Assembly: GCA_046563655.1 (NCBI GenBank)
Contig: CM102285.1
Span: forward strand, 12,896,001 to 12,960,000
Length of the DNA stretch: 64,000 nucleotides
Direction of reading: 5' to 3'
Source of the DNA: Yuukianura sp. NJ FZ-2021
Taxonomy: Eukaryota
The notes below the pieces were generated by a model, which saw only the letters and a program-made list of their open reading frames with translations, did not search any database and had not been told where the DNA came from. Both the position numbers and the translations under genes were made by a program. Position 1 is the first letter of the stretch. Each line of letters begins with the position of its first letter. This document shows positions 1 to 11,818 of the stretch, in pieces.

Positions 1-1
1 T

Positions 2-423
2 GTCGTGATTGGCGACGGGGAAGATGAAGACAGAGCAGCCAAACAGGTTACTACCTTAACAATTACACTAATTGAATAGTTAATTGTAAATTCAACTAAT
101 TGTAACGACAATGGGTCACTCCCAACTCTCACTTGCCTGAAAGGTCAAAGGTCAAACGTTAACTTGAGATTTGCAGCGCTTAACTTCTATGCAATAATAA
201 TAATAACAACGACTCAGACTTTTTTTTGAACTGAACAGCTCAAATTTTCGTTTCTTTGGGTATTAATTTGGAAGCTTAGCTTTCAATTACGAATTACAAT
301 AAGTTAATTACAACTTATTTTAACTGTGATTTAATTATCTAGATGAACTTTCCATTCTGGAGAATCGGATGTCACAAGGACATACTCTCACTTTACAACG
401 TAATGGAGATGGGCTACCTCTGA
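2..423 (+). CDS. eya: Eyes absent HAD-type tyrosine phosphatase, last two coding exons (5' partial)
   Basis: Exons 2-46 (VVIGDGEDEDRAAKQ) and 343-423 (MNFPFWRIGCHKDILSLYNVMEMGYL*) are joined by a GT-AG intron. They match the Eya-domain C-terminus, including the GDGxxE HAD motif. Confidence 0.93.
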
Positions 424-2411
424 ACAGTCTTCATCGCAGAAACTTCACCAACGAAAACGATTTTGTGATCGACAGGATTCCAGCAAATTCTGTTCCATTT
501 TAAAACTATCAACCTCCTCTGTTTAGGTTAGGAGTAACCATCATCAACAGTAACCATCGACGTAACCACCCCAAAAATTACGTAACCATCCCTTTTGTTT
601 CTGCAACACTTTGATTCTTATTCAGCAGAAGTGTGACATTTGACACACGTCGACGTTGCGCCAACTGACCTCACCCAAAAGTGACAGTCAATCCATATAA
701 ATTCTTTGACACCTCAAAGTAGGACATAGCACAACCGCAAAAACACGCCAAAATCACCAAAATTAAAATAATTATTATTCTAATTCCATCATCATTCGTG
801 AGATTACATTTTTAGATGCTGTTTTCAGTGCAATAGTGACCTGTAAATTAACTTTGCCCCCTAACAACATCACTTCAATCAAAAAAACAGTGACCCCATT
901 CCAAAATTCAAGGATTGAGATGACCTTTGACCTAGTTTCTTCCTCTTTCATCAAAAACTAGACGTATGTCGCTAAGACTAAAGTTGAGCTATTTAACCAA
1001 TTGTTAGGTTATGATTAAGTTTAATTTTAATCGTAATATTTCTGCTAAATTCTCTGAAATCAGTTTTCAGCGTACTACTACTTCCAGATTTTAATTAAAA
1101 ATCAAAAGTTAGTTACCTTTACTTTAATTATTTGAGTTACAAATGTTATTTAAGCAGAAAATTACAAGTTTTTACTATGAAGTTACGGTTTAGACAAAAT
1201 TAAAATTCCAAAAAAATATTTAGAACAAACAAGAAAAGTAAGCAGAATTTATCAGAATTCTAAATTTTTTTCCTTGTTGATGTTGATTTTTCTTCAATTC
1301 ATTTCATTTTTTTCTTCATTCGTCACAATTTAGTTCTCATGAGTGAATATTTCTTGCGTCAGATTTTTCTTTAAAGACTCCAAGTATTGAATTTTTGTCT
1401 AGAACAAGATTTTCTATTTCCTGCACCAACACTTCATCTTTGCTCTACGTCACTTCGTAAGTCAAGTGCATCCACAAATCCAATCATGCACGTCAGTACA
1501 CTTCCACTTTGGTGTAAAAATGATGACATAAAATTTGGACCAATCAAAATTCAAAATTTTGATTATTGCGAAACAAGGTGTGAATCAATTGTTACACTAT
1601 GGTAGTTATACTTTCACTCTTCATCGCCTTTGTGCCTCCATTGTCTTAATGGAAGAAGATTTATGAATTGTATCAAAAAGTGAACGACCTCTGACCGCAA
1701 TAGTTCTTCCCATCTCAATCTCTGTCTGCCAATATTATGCTGTGCGCGTAACGTCCTTGCAGATTTCCAATTCTCACAATTGCAATATTACAAAAAATCC
1801 TCAATAATTTTTTCAAACATAACCCCTCACAGCATCATTTTACATCTCTTCTTTTTTTTTGCATAAAACTTGAGAAAGTTTGTGATGCATATGGGTATGA
1901 TCTTTTGCAAAAAGAAAATCATGTACAGAATACGTAATCCATTTTGGGGCAATAAAAAATCAGGAAAACTAAGTTGACAACGAGAGACTTGACCTCCACT
2001 TATGTTCATTTGACCTCTAAAGGTCGGAAATGTCAAACCAATTTACAATTTTAGTTAGTCAGTGGATTCATACAAGCCTTAACTTTAGTATTTCCTGACC
2101 TTTGACACGTATGTTTTACGTGTCTCCATAAAGCCATTATCAGTTCAACCAATGAAAAGCTTCCCAGAAACAAAAAATAAAACTGTTTTATCAGTATTCA
2201 GAGGTGTTAAAAAGATAATCAGGGTTTTACATAGATCAAACAACAACGCAGCTAATATTAATTTTTAGAGGAGAGATGGAGTGTTTTTGGCAAATTTTGG
2301 GGTGATTGATTTCCAAGAACGGAAAAATTCCATATGATTTTGTACGTAACTTAAAATTGTTGTGTAGTACGTAAAATCTATCAGTTTATTCGTTTTTTTT
2401 ACCGAGAGTCC

Positions 2412-3480
2412 GTGATGTATCCAGAAAAAGAGAAAGTTTTGGTAGTTTACGAATATGTTAAGTCACCTATAATTTGTTCCAAGTTCATAGTTGCCATATC
2501 CTGTACGGCTACGTTAGTATTGACAGCATGTACACGTCCAACGGAACTTCAAAAGTCGATTGTCCATTCGACCTGGAAGGAAGATGGTCTGTTCATCTCT
2601 TCTATCACTGTACTTGTTATGGTGTGCATTTCGATGATACTGGAAACCATTTTTAGAGAAACGTTTTCAACAAAAGACATGAGAATGAAGGTTAGTATCA
2701 AGCAAAAACTAACTTAACTAACATAAATATAGCAAGAAGTTGCTTAACATAACCTAACATTAACCTAGTCAAAAAGCTTAACCTAGTTCGAATTGACCTT
2801 GCTAGCATAATCTAATCTTGGCTTACTGCATTCCCCTTAACCTAATTTTTAGATGACGAGTTTGGTGCAAGCGTACTCTAGCATTCCGTGTTTTTTGCGG
2901 AACTGAAATTTTGAAATTTCGAATTTTGAAAATTTTGTTTTTGATCTGAACAGGAAGTTATCGTATTTGCAGTTGCATGTGCACTTTTCAGCGTATTTGG
3001 GTGCGGAACGCTGGAATCTGCTTTAACAATTTTTTCACAAGTTGGCGAATGCTGTGACGACTACCACAATGAAACGAATGCAACCTGTACACTTCCAGGT
3101 CTAATTGAACAGTATTACGGAAATATTCCATCAAAATCTTCTGGAAATGCAGTCATGACCTTTGACCTCTACAACCGACATCTCCTGGTGCCTCCACCAG
3201 AACTTATAGAATGCAAGTCTGAAGTAGAGGACTCCTCCTGGCTCTGTACAGTCTGTGTCAACAAAATTATTCAGCCTAACTATGACCTCAAAGGAGCCTC
3301 TGGCGTAAGGAAATCATATTGCATCAACTTCCTTTTTAAGTTTTGATATATTTAACACCTCTGACCCAGATATTAATTGTCAATTTATTATTCTAGGCAG
3401 CAGGACTCATCTCAGCACTCGCCTGTTTCATTGTTGTGTATGTAGGATTTCGTGAAACGAGAGCAAAGAAACCTACCTAA
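2412..3480 (+). CDS. Uncharacterised four-pass membrane protein with a Cys-rich extracellular loop (start uncertain)
   Basis: Phase-compatible exons ~2484-2690, 2954-3304 and 3397-3480 (..GFRETRAKKPT*) encode four hydrophobic segments. The loop before TM4 has CC, further Cys and NxT sites. AATAAA follows the stop. Confidence 0.65.
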
Positions 3481-3860
3481 CCAACCCACTTTAAGCAGGC
3501 GCATTTAATAAAAAATAAAAACCAATGAAGGAAGTGAGGAAACTGGACTGAACCACTTATTTTTGCATGTGCAATTTTTTATAATGTGCAAAAATTGGAA
3601 GCCAGGCTCTGATTGGCTCTTCCGCATTTTAAAGCACTCTCGCTGTCGTAACGGAGTTTTGGAAAGACTTGACATTTTGGAAATAAAAAGAATATCAATG
3701 CCTTGTTACGCCAAACATGCAAAATTTTATTACCTTTCCTATTAATATGACACAATTATTATTGATAAAATTAATTAATTATATAATATATATCACAAAA
3801 TAATAACGAAATGGGCAGTTCAACCTTTTTTTTAATAAATTTATTGACCTTGCTCAAGTG

Positions 3861-4510
3861 CAGTGTTGGCAGCACCCCCACCCCACTGGGGACGGGGATG
3901 GGGATTATTGGGGTTTTCCCCACCCTCGGAGGTGGGGATTTGGGGCTCTGTGGGGATTTCGGTTTTTTCATCCAAAATGGCTGACTTTTTTTTTGTGTTT
4001 TTCAATATTATAACAGGAAAATAATAGGATTCTAATCGTCCGGCATTGAATATTTTATATTATATATTACGTATAAATATATTATATTTATTGTATTACA
4101 TTTATATAATAATATACGTACATATTATATTACAGATATTATAAATATCATTAGGCTTAGCCTTTTATATTCTACGTAGTTATAAAGTAATAATAATTGT
4201 ATTATAATGTACTATAAATAATATAACAATAATTATATTATATATTATAAATAATATTTAATATTAAATAGTCAACGCCGGAATCAAATTAAAAAGTTTA
4301 ACAACGATGGATAACAACAAAGAACAAAACGGGGTGGAGTGTGGGAATGTTCTGGGTGGAGCTACACGGAATTCTGGCTTTGCGCAGACGCTGCGCCTGC
4401 GCTGTACAAAACATCGCCAGGGCCCCGATAATCCCCAAATCCCCGGGAATTTGGGGTTAACCCCATTTTCCCGGGGGAATCATCAAATCCCCGGGGAAAA
4501 GCCAACACTG
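3861..4510. mobile_element. Non-autonomous hAT-type DNA transposon (MITE)
   Basis: TIR CAGTGTTGGC...GCCAACACTG is flanked by a perfect 8-bp TSD CTCAAGTG (3853-3860 and 4511-4518). Subterminal GGGGAT/ATCCCC repeats are present, and the core is AT-rich and non-coding. Confidence 0.92.
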
Positions 4511-6085
4511 CTCAAGTGGATTTTTTTTTGGGTGGCGTTGATCCATAATATTATTGACGACGAAATAAAATAACTTTAACATTAGTATCATACTTAATTT
4601 AATTCAAATTTATACTACATATTAATTAATTATAATTATGATTAATTTAAATTAAGGGCGTGGTCACCGGATTAACTTTTAGTAAGTGAGACTTGACCAA
4701 TCATTGTCTTACTCAAGCCTTTGTTCCTTAACATGAACTAACTACTACACGATCACAACATCTATTTCTCCCTATTCAAATTATGTCTTGTCCAAGTTAG
4801 TTGAGATGTTGCACAAAACCTAACGTAAAGTATATAATCATGTTGAATTATTAATCAAGTAATTGACATTAGCTAATTTATAATTTAACTAATTTAACTT
4901 GGTTTGCTAACAGTGTATCCTGCGGGAAGTTTTTAGAACATGAAAAAGGCACAAGAGATGCCGACTGAACTTGCACTTTGCACATTATGCCAGAGTGCAC
5001 AAAGAATTTAATTTTTAGCAAATTAGCAAATCGTGTTACGTAAGTCAAAACCTTTGGGCTTGCCTCCTGGTCAGTCGGTCTGACGATCACGAACGGAGGA
5101 GGTCAAGGAGACGCAACTTCAATGTTCAGCTGAGCATGCGCAGGGTATGTCAAAATGCTAAATCTTGGTTAATTTTAGTAATTAGCACTTGACGGGTAGA
5201 CTTTTTGGACATTTTTAATTAACAAGTCGCACCTTCTCATTCAATTTCAAAAGTTAAGGTTTAGACTAATACAAAAACTTAAAGTTTACTTAGGTCTTGT
5301 CTCCTGCTGGAAACTGTTGACCCCACAGATGACCTTGAGTGGATTTTCCGTTTAGGTCACTTAGAAACTAATGCGTTGACGTCAAATGCGTTTTAGCGTC
5401 CGGGTTTACCGACGCACTTGAGGTGTTAGGTTTAACATAATCCGCTAAAAGTGTTTGCTGACATTGTGAAGTATCAGGATTTCCAGCAGCATCCTTCCAA
5501 GAAGTTTTTAAAATCTTGAAAATTTTCAGGGTGTGGCATGAGATCAGTTTATGCTGAAAACAATGATGGAATGAAAATTTGTGCGTCGTCACTGCTTCCG
5601 CTTCTGCTTCTTATTGTAAACTTTGCCAATTTGTCTACTTTAGTAACTTTTAACCACACCCTTGATTATGATCAGGTTCAACGAGAAGGTCGAGCAAAAA
5701 GTTTGGCTAATTTTACAGTTTTGTTAAAGTTGAAGCAAGTTTTGGTGTTAACCGAGCTGAACCCATAATTTGAAATTGTTGTACTTTTGACTAATTCGTT
5801 ACTCTTACTTTCATGAAAGAGAGAGGTGTTAATTTGCCTCCCTCTACTAACCCTGATTCCATCACGAGTCATGATCAAAGCACTTCCTTGCTAAGCTCAG
5901 CTTACTTCGGAAGTCTATCGCAAGAAACTGAGCTTGGCTAAGACCAGCATCATGCCGCCCACGCCCTACTTGACCACAAGCCACGAATCCAAACTGACCT
6001 CAATCAAACTCTCAATTACTTATTTTAGCCTAACCTGAAGAAAAAGCACGATTTGACCCCTAACCTAACCATGTTGCTACACTCC

Positions 6086-6178
6086 AGTGTTAACCTAATA
6101 TTCAATGAAATTGAAGTGTTAACCTAATGTTCAAGCGCATTTTGAGTGTTAGCCTAACTTGTTCAAAATGATTTGATT
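6086..6178. repeat. Degenerate tandem repeat, ~30-bp unit x3
   Basis: AGTGTTAACCTAAT(A/G)TTCAA... occurs three times in tandem; the third copy is more diverged. Confidence 0.7.
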
Positions 6179-9100
6179 CAATTCTGAATTCGGCCTTAAA
6201 GAGCCCATCTTAAGTTAAGTAACAAAAGACTTTGAATAGACTTATTTTGCCGCGTTAGGCGTCGTAGGGGGCCCTTAAGTCCAGAAGCGTCATAGACTTA
6301 AGTGTTTGATTAGGTTATGTTATGATTCTGGTTAGGTTTAATTAATACTCTGAGCCTAGGGAACCCCTTACTCAATCAGAGAAGACAAAAAGGCGTTTGC
6401 CAAAGCGACAACAATGGAGACTCCCCAGCAGTCGGTTAGGGATCCCCTTGGCAGTAAGTTGTAAGTGTCCCTTGGTTTTTGCATTGCAATTTTAAAAGTG
6501 TTCAGTGGGAGTACCCCTTTGGAGAAACGTTTTCTTGGTTCCACTAGGCTTCCTTCAGAAAGAGTAGGATTTGGATGGGCCTTCAGTCAATTTCAATTTC
6601 TCTTGTGAAAACGACCAGAAGAGCCCCATAAGTTAAGGGAAGTCGTTGACTCTCGAGTGGCTGGGGTTTGTGCCTTACCTATTGTAAACAACAACAACAA
6701 CAACAATCATACTCGCATGTTGTTCAAGTTTCGTTCAAGAAAGTATATTTTTAGACATTTTCTAAAAATCTTTCAAAATGTACTACCCTGCCTACAAAAA
6801 TAAACGGACAGCATCAGCATCAACCGCAGAAGTTATCCAACGAGTATAGGTTGAATCTGCTGGTTGGTTTCTCACAAGAAAGTGAAATTTTGACTCATTC
6901 TTAAAAATCTAGGACGTTTTTTTTTAAATCGAAAGTTTTTTCAAAAATTCACCATAATTGGATTGAATACAACATCTAGAAGCTTTCTATTAAAAAAACG
7001 CTGTGCATGAATTACGCACATCAAGGGAAGGGGTGACTGTATGGATTTTGACTTTTGTGCGACTCAATTTTCAAATTTTCTGGATTCTTTCTTTCCAAAT
7101 TTTCAAATTTTTTGGATTTTCAGCAACTAACAATGTGGTAAGTCGAATTTCTTCCTTACTTTTATGATTTCTTGTTTCCTTTTTGCGTTTTTTTAAAAAC
7201 AAAACCACAAAATTGGAATGTAAACAAAAAAAAAGTTCCATTGTTGTGCTTAATTGTTAAAAAACTAGTTTGTCTGTCTTTGTTTTTATTCATTTCCGCT
7301 TTGACAGGAACTTGAATCAATAATCGAAGGGATTTAGTGTTACAGAAGTCTTGTCTACGTTATGTCATTTCGACTTAAACTTTATTCGCATGTTTATAAC
7401 CACTTGCACTTTTCATCCCTAATGAGTCCTCCCTGGGAAGTTTCCATTTCAAATTCAATTCACAAAGTGAAAACTTGTTCATTCTCCTTCCGGCTACGTT
7501 CTTACAGGCTACTTCTTTGCAGAAAAACTTATCATTTGCCAAAAGAGTAACAAAAACTCAGAGGTTACCAACCGACTGGTTACAACCAGCCATGGTGGTT
7601 ACATTTCCACAAATTAAAATGATCCGAGGGATTTTACCACTTTTTTGTATTCCTGTCACTAACTTTACTCTGTCGTGTCTAGTAGTGGTTACGTAACATG
7701 TGAATGAAAAAATGAGAGAAACACGACATCATAAAAAGTAATTTCAAACTCTCTCACGCTTCAAAACAGACCAATTTTGTGGCTTGTCAAATCACGAAAA
7801 CAAACTTTGCAAAAATTTTGAAAAATGACTATACCTTTTTAAAAGTTTGAAACTTGAGCGTTATTTTGAAGAGTAAATATATGGTTTGGTTGATTAAAGG
7901 TAAATTGCAGTAGTTAATCAGAAAAGGCAATGCATCAATATGAATGCGCAGATAGAAACAAACAATGCAAGGTTAACAACCCCCTGTAGGGTGGAAGGGT
8001 GCATTATTGTGCACAAAAGTTTGCGAAATTTTAATCTGAATTGATGAAGTGTTTGCAATTGCCAATTTTGATTTGCAATTTTCAATGAATTGATCAGCAT
8101 TTTTTCTATTTGAGTTTTTAAATTGAAGGGAGTTGCGATTTTGAATGCTCCTTGACTCCTTTGTGTCTTAAGTGGACTTTGGTGACAATTGTGCATAATA
8201 AATCTTATATTATATAATAATTTTATATTATATAATTGAAATAAGTGTTGAATTGGTTTTTTAGTGCAGTGAATGCTTGAATTGATGGGACAATTGCATT
8301 GTTTTTGTGTCCATGGATTAGGGTGGAGTTCATTGTATGGAGCCCCTAGGGTGTTCATCTATTAAGAATCCAATTAAAGCATGCTGTAAATCCCTAGTTC
8401 TTATCAGATGCAATATTATACTTAAGATTAACTTAATCAGCAACAAAGTTAAGTTTAATTAATCCAGAGTTAAGATTTCACACCTACTTAACCAAAACTT
8501 GGGCTTGCAACTTACTGTGTTACTGTTAAGCTTAAAAAACGCCACGTGAATTCTATTTTTGACAAAATTTTGACAAGAAATTTGAATTTCGACAGCTTAC
8601 TGACGAAAATGAAGGCAGAATTTCAATTAAAATCAAAGTTTTTTTTTTTTTTGAAATTGAACAATAGAAATGGTGAGCTGCGCGTGTGAGTAATTAGAAC
8701 AATGATGAGGCTTTGCGATTTTTTGTATTTGATCGGGAAGGTTACTTCCAGCACGCAAGGTTACAAAAAAATCAAAATTTTGTCCAAAAATGCTAAATTC
8801 CTCTCTTTTTTTTTTTGTACAAAATTAGAAGCCTTTTTATTCCAGGAAAGTGAATCTTTTTAGAAATTAGCATTTCGGAATCATGATTTCCTGAAAATTT
8901 TGCCAATGACGATGCCGATTTTGGTATTTTTTTCTTTCAATATTGAAAAATAGGCACGAAGTGACTAAAGGCAAGATTTTAGTGATGACTAAAATGAAAA
9001 GAACCTGCTCTAGAGTTCTCTCGTCGCTCAAAAGCTAAAAGAAGAATAAATTGAAAATTGCAATTGCGAAGATTGTAAAGTGAAAAATTGGTTTGTTGTT

Positions 9101-11818
9101 GTGTTTCCATTGTTGTCGTAATGTAGGTCAGTCGCTCAAGATAGTTGTAGTGACCAACTGACCATAAACGGTTAGTTGTGTCTCTCTGTTGGTGTCCTTA
9201 GTCGTCTTGTGCATTATTGCACATCTCAACAGCATAGTCCACCATTATGTAAACAGTTATTCATCAGTAGACTTTAACGTTTAAGTAAAGTAACTGAAAG
9301 TAAAAGTTTAATGCATGCGAAACCGTGCGTGTGTCTTTCCGTTTCTGAATAGTAACTACCTCTGTGCTCTGATCCTTGTCTATTTCTTCGAAAAAAAAGT
9401 TTGCAAAAACCTTAAAAGCTAACCTAATAAGAACATTGATCAAAATTTTGTCAAATGCAAAGCCCAACCATCATAAAATTGAAACAAAAGTTCGAACTTT
9501 TAAACTTTTCGAACTTCATTTGTCCTCACCTTAACCGACTAACGTAACTAACAACTCAACTAACCTTAATTATGCAATAGAAAACAAAATTAGCCTAGCT
9601 CAACCCTACTTTGTGTAACCTTAGAACGTAACCTAATGTCTTTTAGAATGTCGGAAGTTGTAAAAAACGCATTTTTAAGATTTGTTTGTGCAATTTCGCA
9701 AAATTTGCAAAAATTTAAACTCCCAATTTCCTCTCCTTCATGTTCTTTTAAAACCTCCATTAAAACTTGAAAATTTCATTTGAAAATGTTATGTTTATGC
9801 ACAGTACTATAGGTTATGTACAGTATGAACAGTACGTTGTTGTCGCTTCAAGGACAGTAAAGGCAGAAGTAATGACTCGTGTCAGAGTTATACAGTCATG
9901 TTTAAGTAACTTATAAAAGAGACTGAATTTGAAGTTGTGGCCAGTAGAAGATGATGAAGTAGAATACTAAGAAACTGACTAAACTGGCTTCAGCATCATC
10001 ATCAACCAACCAATTCTTCTTATAAGTACTAAATTACAATTTTTACAAAGTTACGCCAAAAGGTGAGTTTGTGCACTTTTTATGCAAAAATTGTTGCCTG
10101 GTTGTGCTAAAAGCCTAAAGCCAAAGTTTGTGAAGTCAGTGTCTCCTCAGTTGTTCTCATCATCACACATCATCTTCAGTCGTTTAAGTTGAATGAAAGG
10201 GAAAAGTTGTGCGTTTAAGTAAAGACGCGTTTGAATCAGTTAAGATCTTAAACTTTAATTGTTCGTTAAACATAAACTTTTAAGCTCCTTTGCTTCCTGA
10301 GTTTACTCAACAGTGACAATTTTCAATAGAAAAATGCTTTCTAGATGACAACTGAGAGAATCTCGACTTCTTAATTATCAACTTAAAGGTAACGCAATAA
10401 TCATGATTTAACTTTTTCGAAAGTAACTTTGTTAAAAATGGCAAAAACCATTAAGGTTTAAGCTCAATTAAAGTGAATTTAGTCATTACTAAACAGGAAT
10501 AACAGGAACACAAAGAGGTGCATCTTCAGTTACTTTCACTCTTAAAGTTATTACTCAACCCTAACTGCACTTTGGTTCCAATGATGTCACTGTACAATTG
10601 GCTCTAATTTGTACACATCTATGGTTGTATTTTTTTTCTTTCATAACATTCAACTTTGGGTCGTACTGTACAAATTGTTAGTTTGAGGGGATGACAGACA
10701 ACAATGTTTTTGGAAATAGTAAATAATGTTAGATCGACTGATGCAAACTAACCTTAAGGTACGTTTTTACTTTCACTTTGAGAAAATTGAAATTGTGCTG
10801 TCGTGTCCTTGTCAAGATTAGGTTTTTACAGTGTATTTAGTAACAAAAGGGACTTAATTTATGACAGTCTGAGGTAGAGATGGGGCAAGGATTTTCAGTT
10901 TGGGTTTCCTTGATGGTCACTTTTGAATTGTTAATTAGGATTGCGCATAACAAACTAAATTTAAAAAAAAATGTGCTTAAAAGTTTAGATTCAATTAACT
11001 TTTAACCAATTCTTGCTCCAGAAACTGGTTCGTTCGAAATTTCGAAACTGAAATCCAGTTCGCGAACGATTAATTTCAGTAGAAACCACGCAAGATTTAT
11101 TCTGAAATAACATGTATTTCAAAGTTGTCGAATAGTTACTCCCTACAAGTTCTGTCAGTCAACCTGTGTTTATTACAGGGTGATATTAATCGAGCAAAAA
11201 TACATCCAATACATATGAATAATATATGTATAAAACAAAAAGTAGAGTGTAATTTTTATCACATAATCCATAATCCACATCTTCTAAGAGTTCAATGTCA
11301 ACTAAAATGCGTACTGCTATTTAAAAACTTTTCCAAAAAAAAGCCTGCAAAAATAAAAATCATCCTATTGTTAAATTCTTTTCTATTAAGATTCACAACA
11401 ATAACTTCAACTTTTTTGAGTTCTTGGCCTTGTTCCAATCGTTTCCTGGATAATTTATGATGATGAGCAACTTTTGACAATTGTAACGTGAGGCCTTAAA
11501 GCGTCTTCTGGACACAACAAAAAGTGTCCAGAAATGATTGATTATACCGGTAATTACAGTTACGTTTTTAAAAATAGCACTCACGATCAACTTTTGATCT
11601 TTTGTAAAACAACAAAGAAGTGAACAAAAACAATTTTTGTGCAACAATGGACCTATTACCAAACAATCCAAGTAGGCAACAGCTCCTGTCGCCTGCTGGG
11701 CACGCCGTAGGGCTAACTAGATCCATTTTGATTAATTGAAATTAATTAAAATTAATATATTTTATTGTTTTCCAGGTTGAACTGACTCGAGGCCTTTTGT
11801 AACTCAAAGGCCTTAAAA

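Noticed and set aside
2714..2850. TAACCT/CCTAA-rich tracts resembling TTAGG telomeric repeats
   Set aside because: Scattered and degenerate rather than a tandem array. The motif is common across the introns of this window.
5538..5768. ORF with signal-peptide-like MKICASSLLPLLLLIV
   Set aside because: No convincing downstream exons, and the protease's first coding exon is better explained by 11819-12037.
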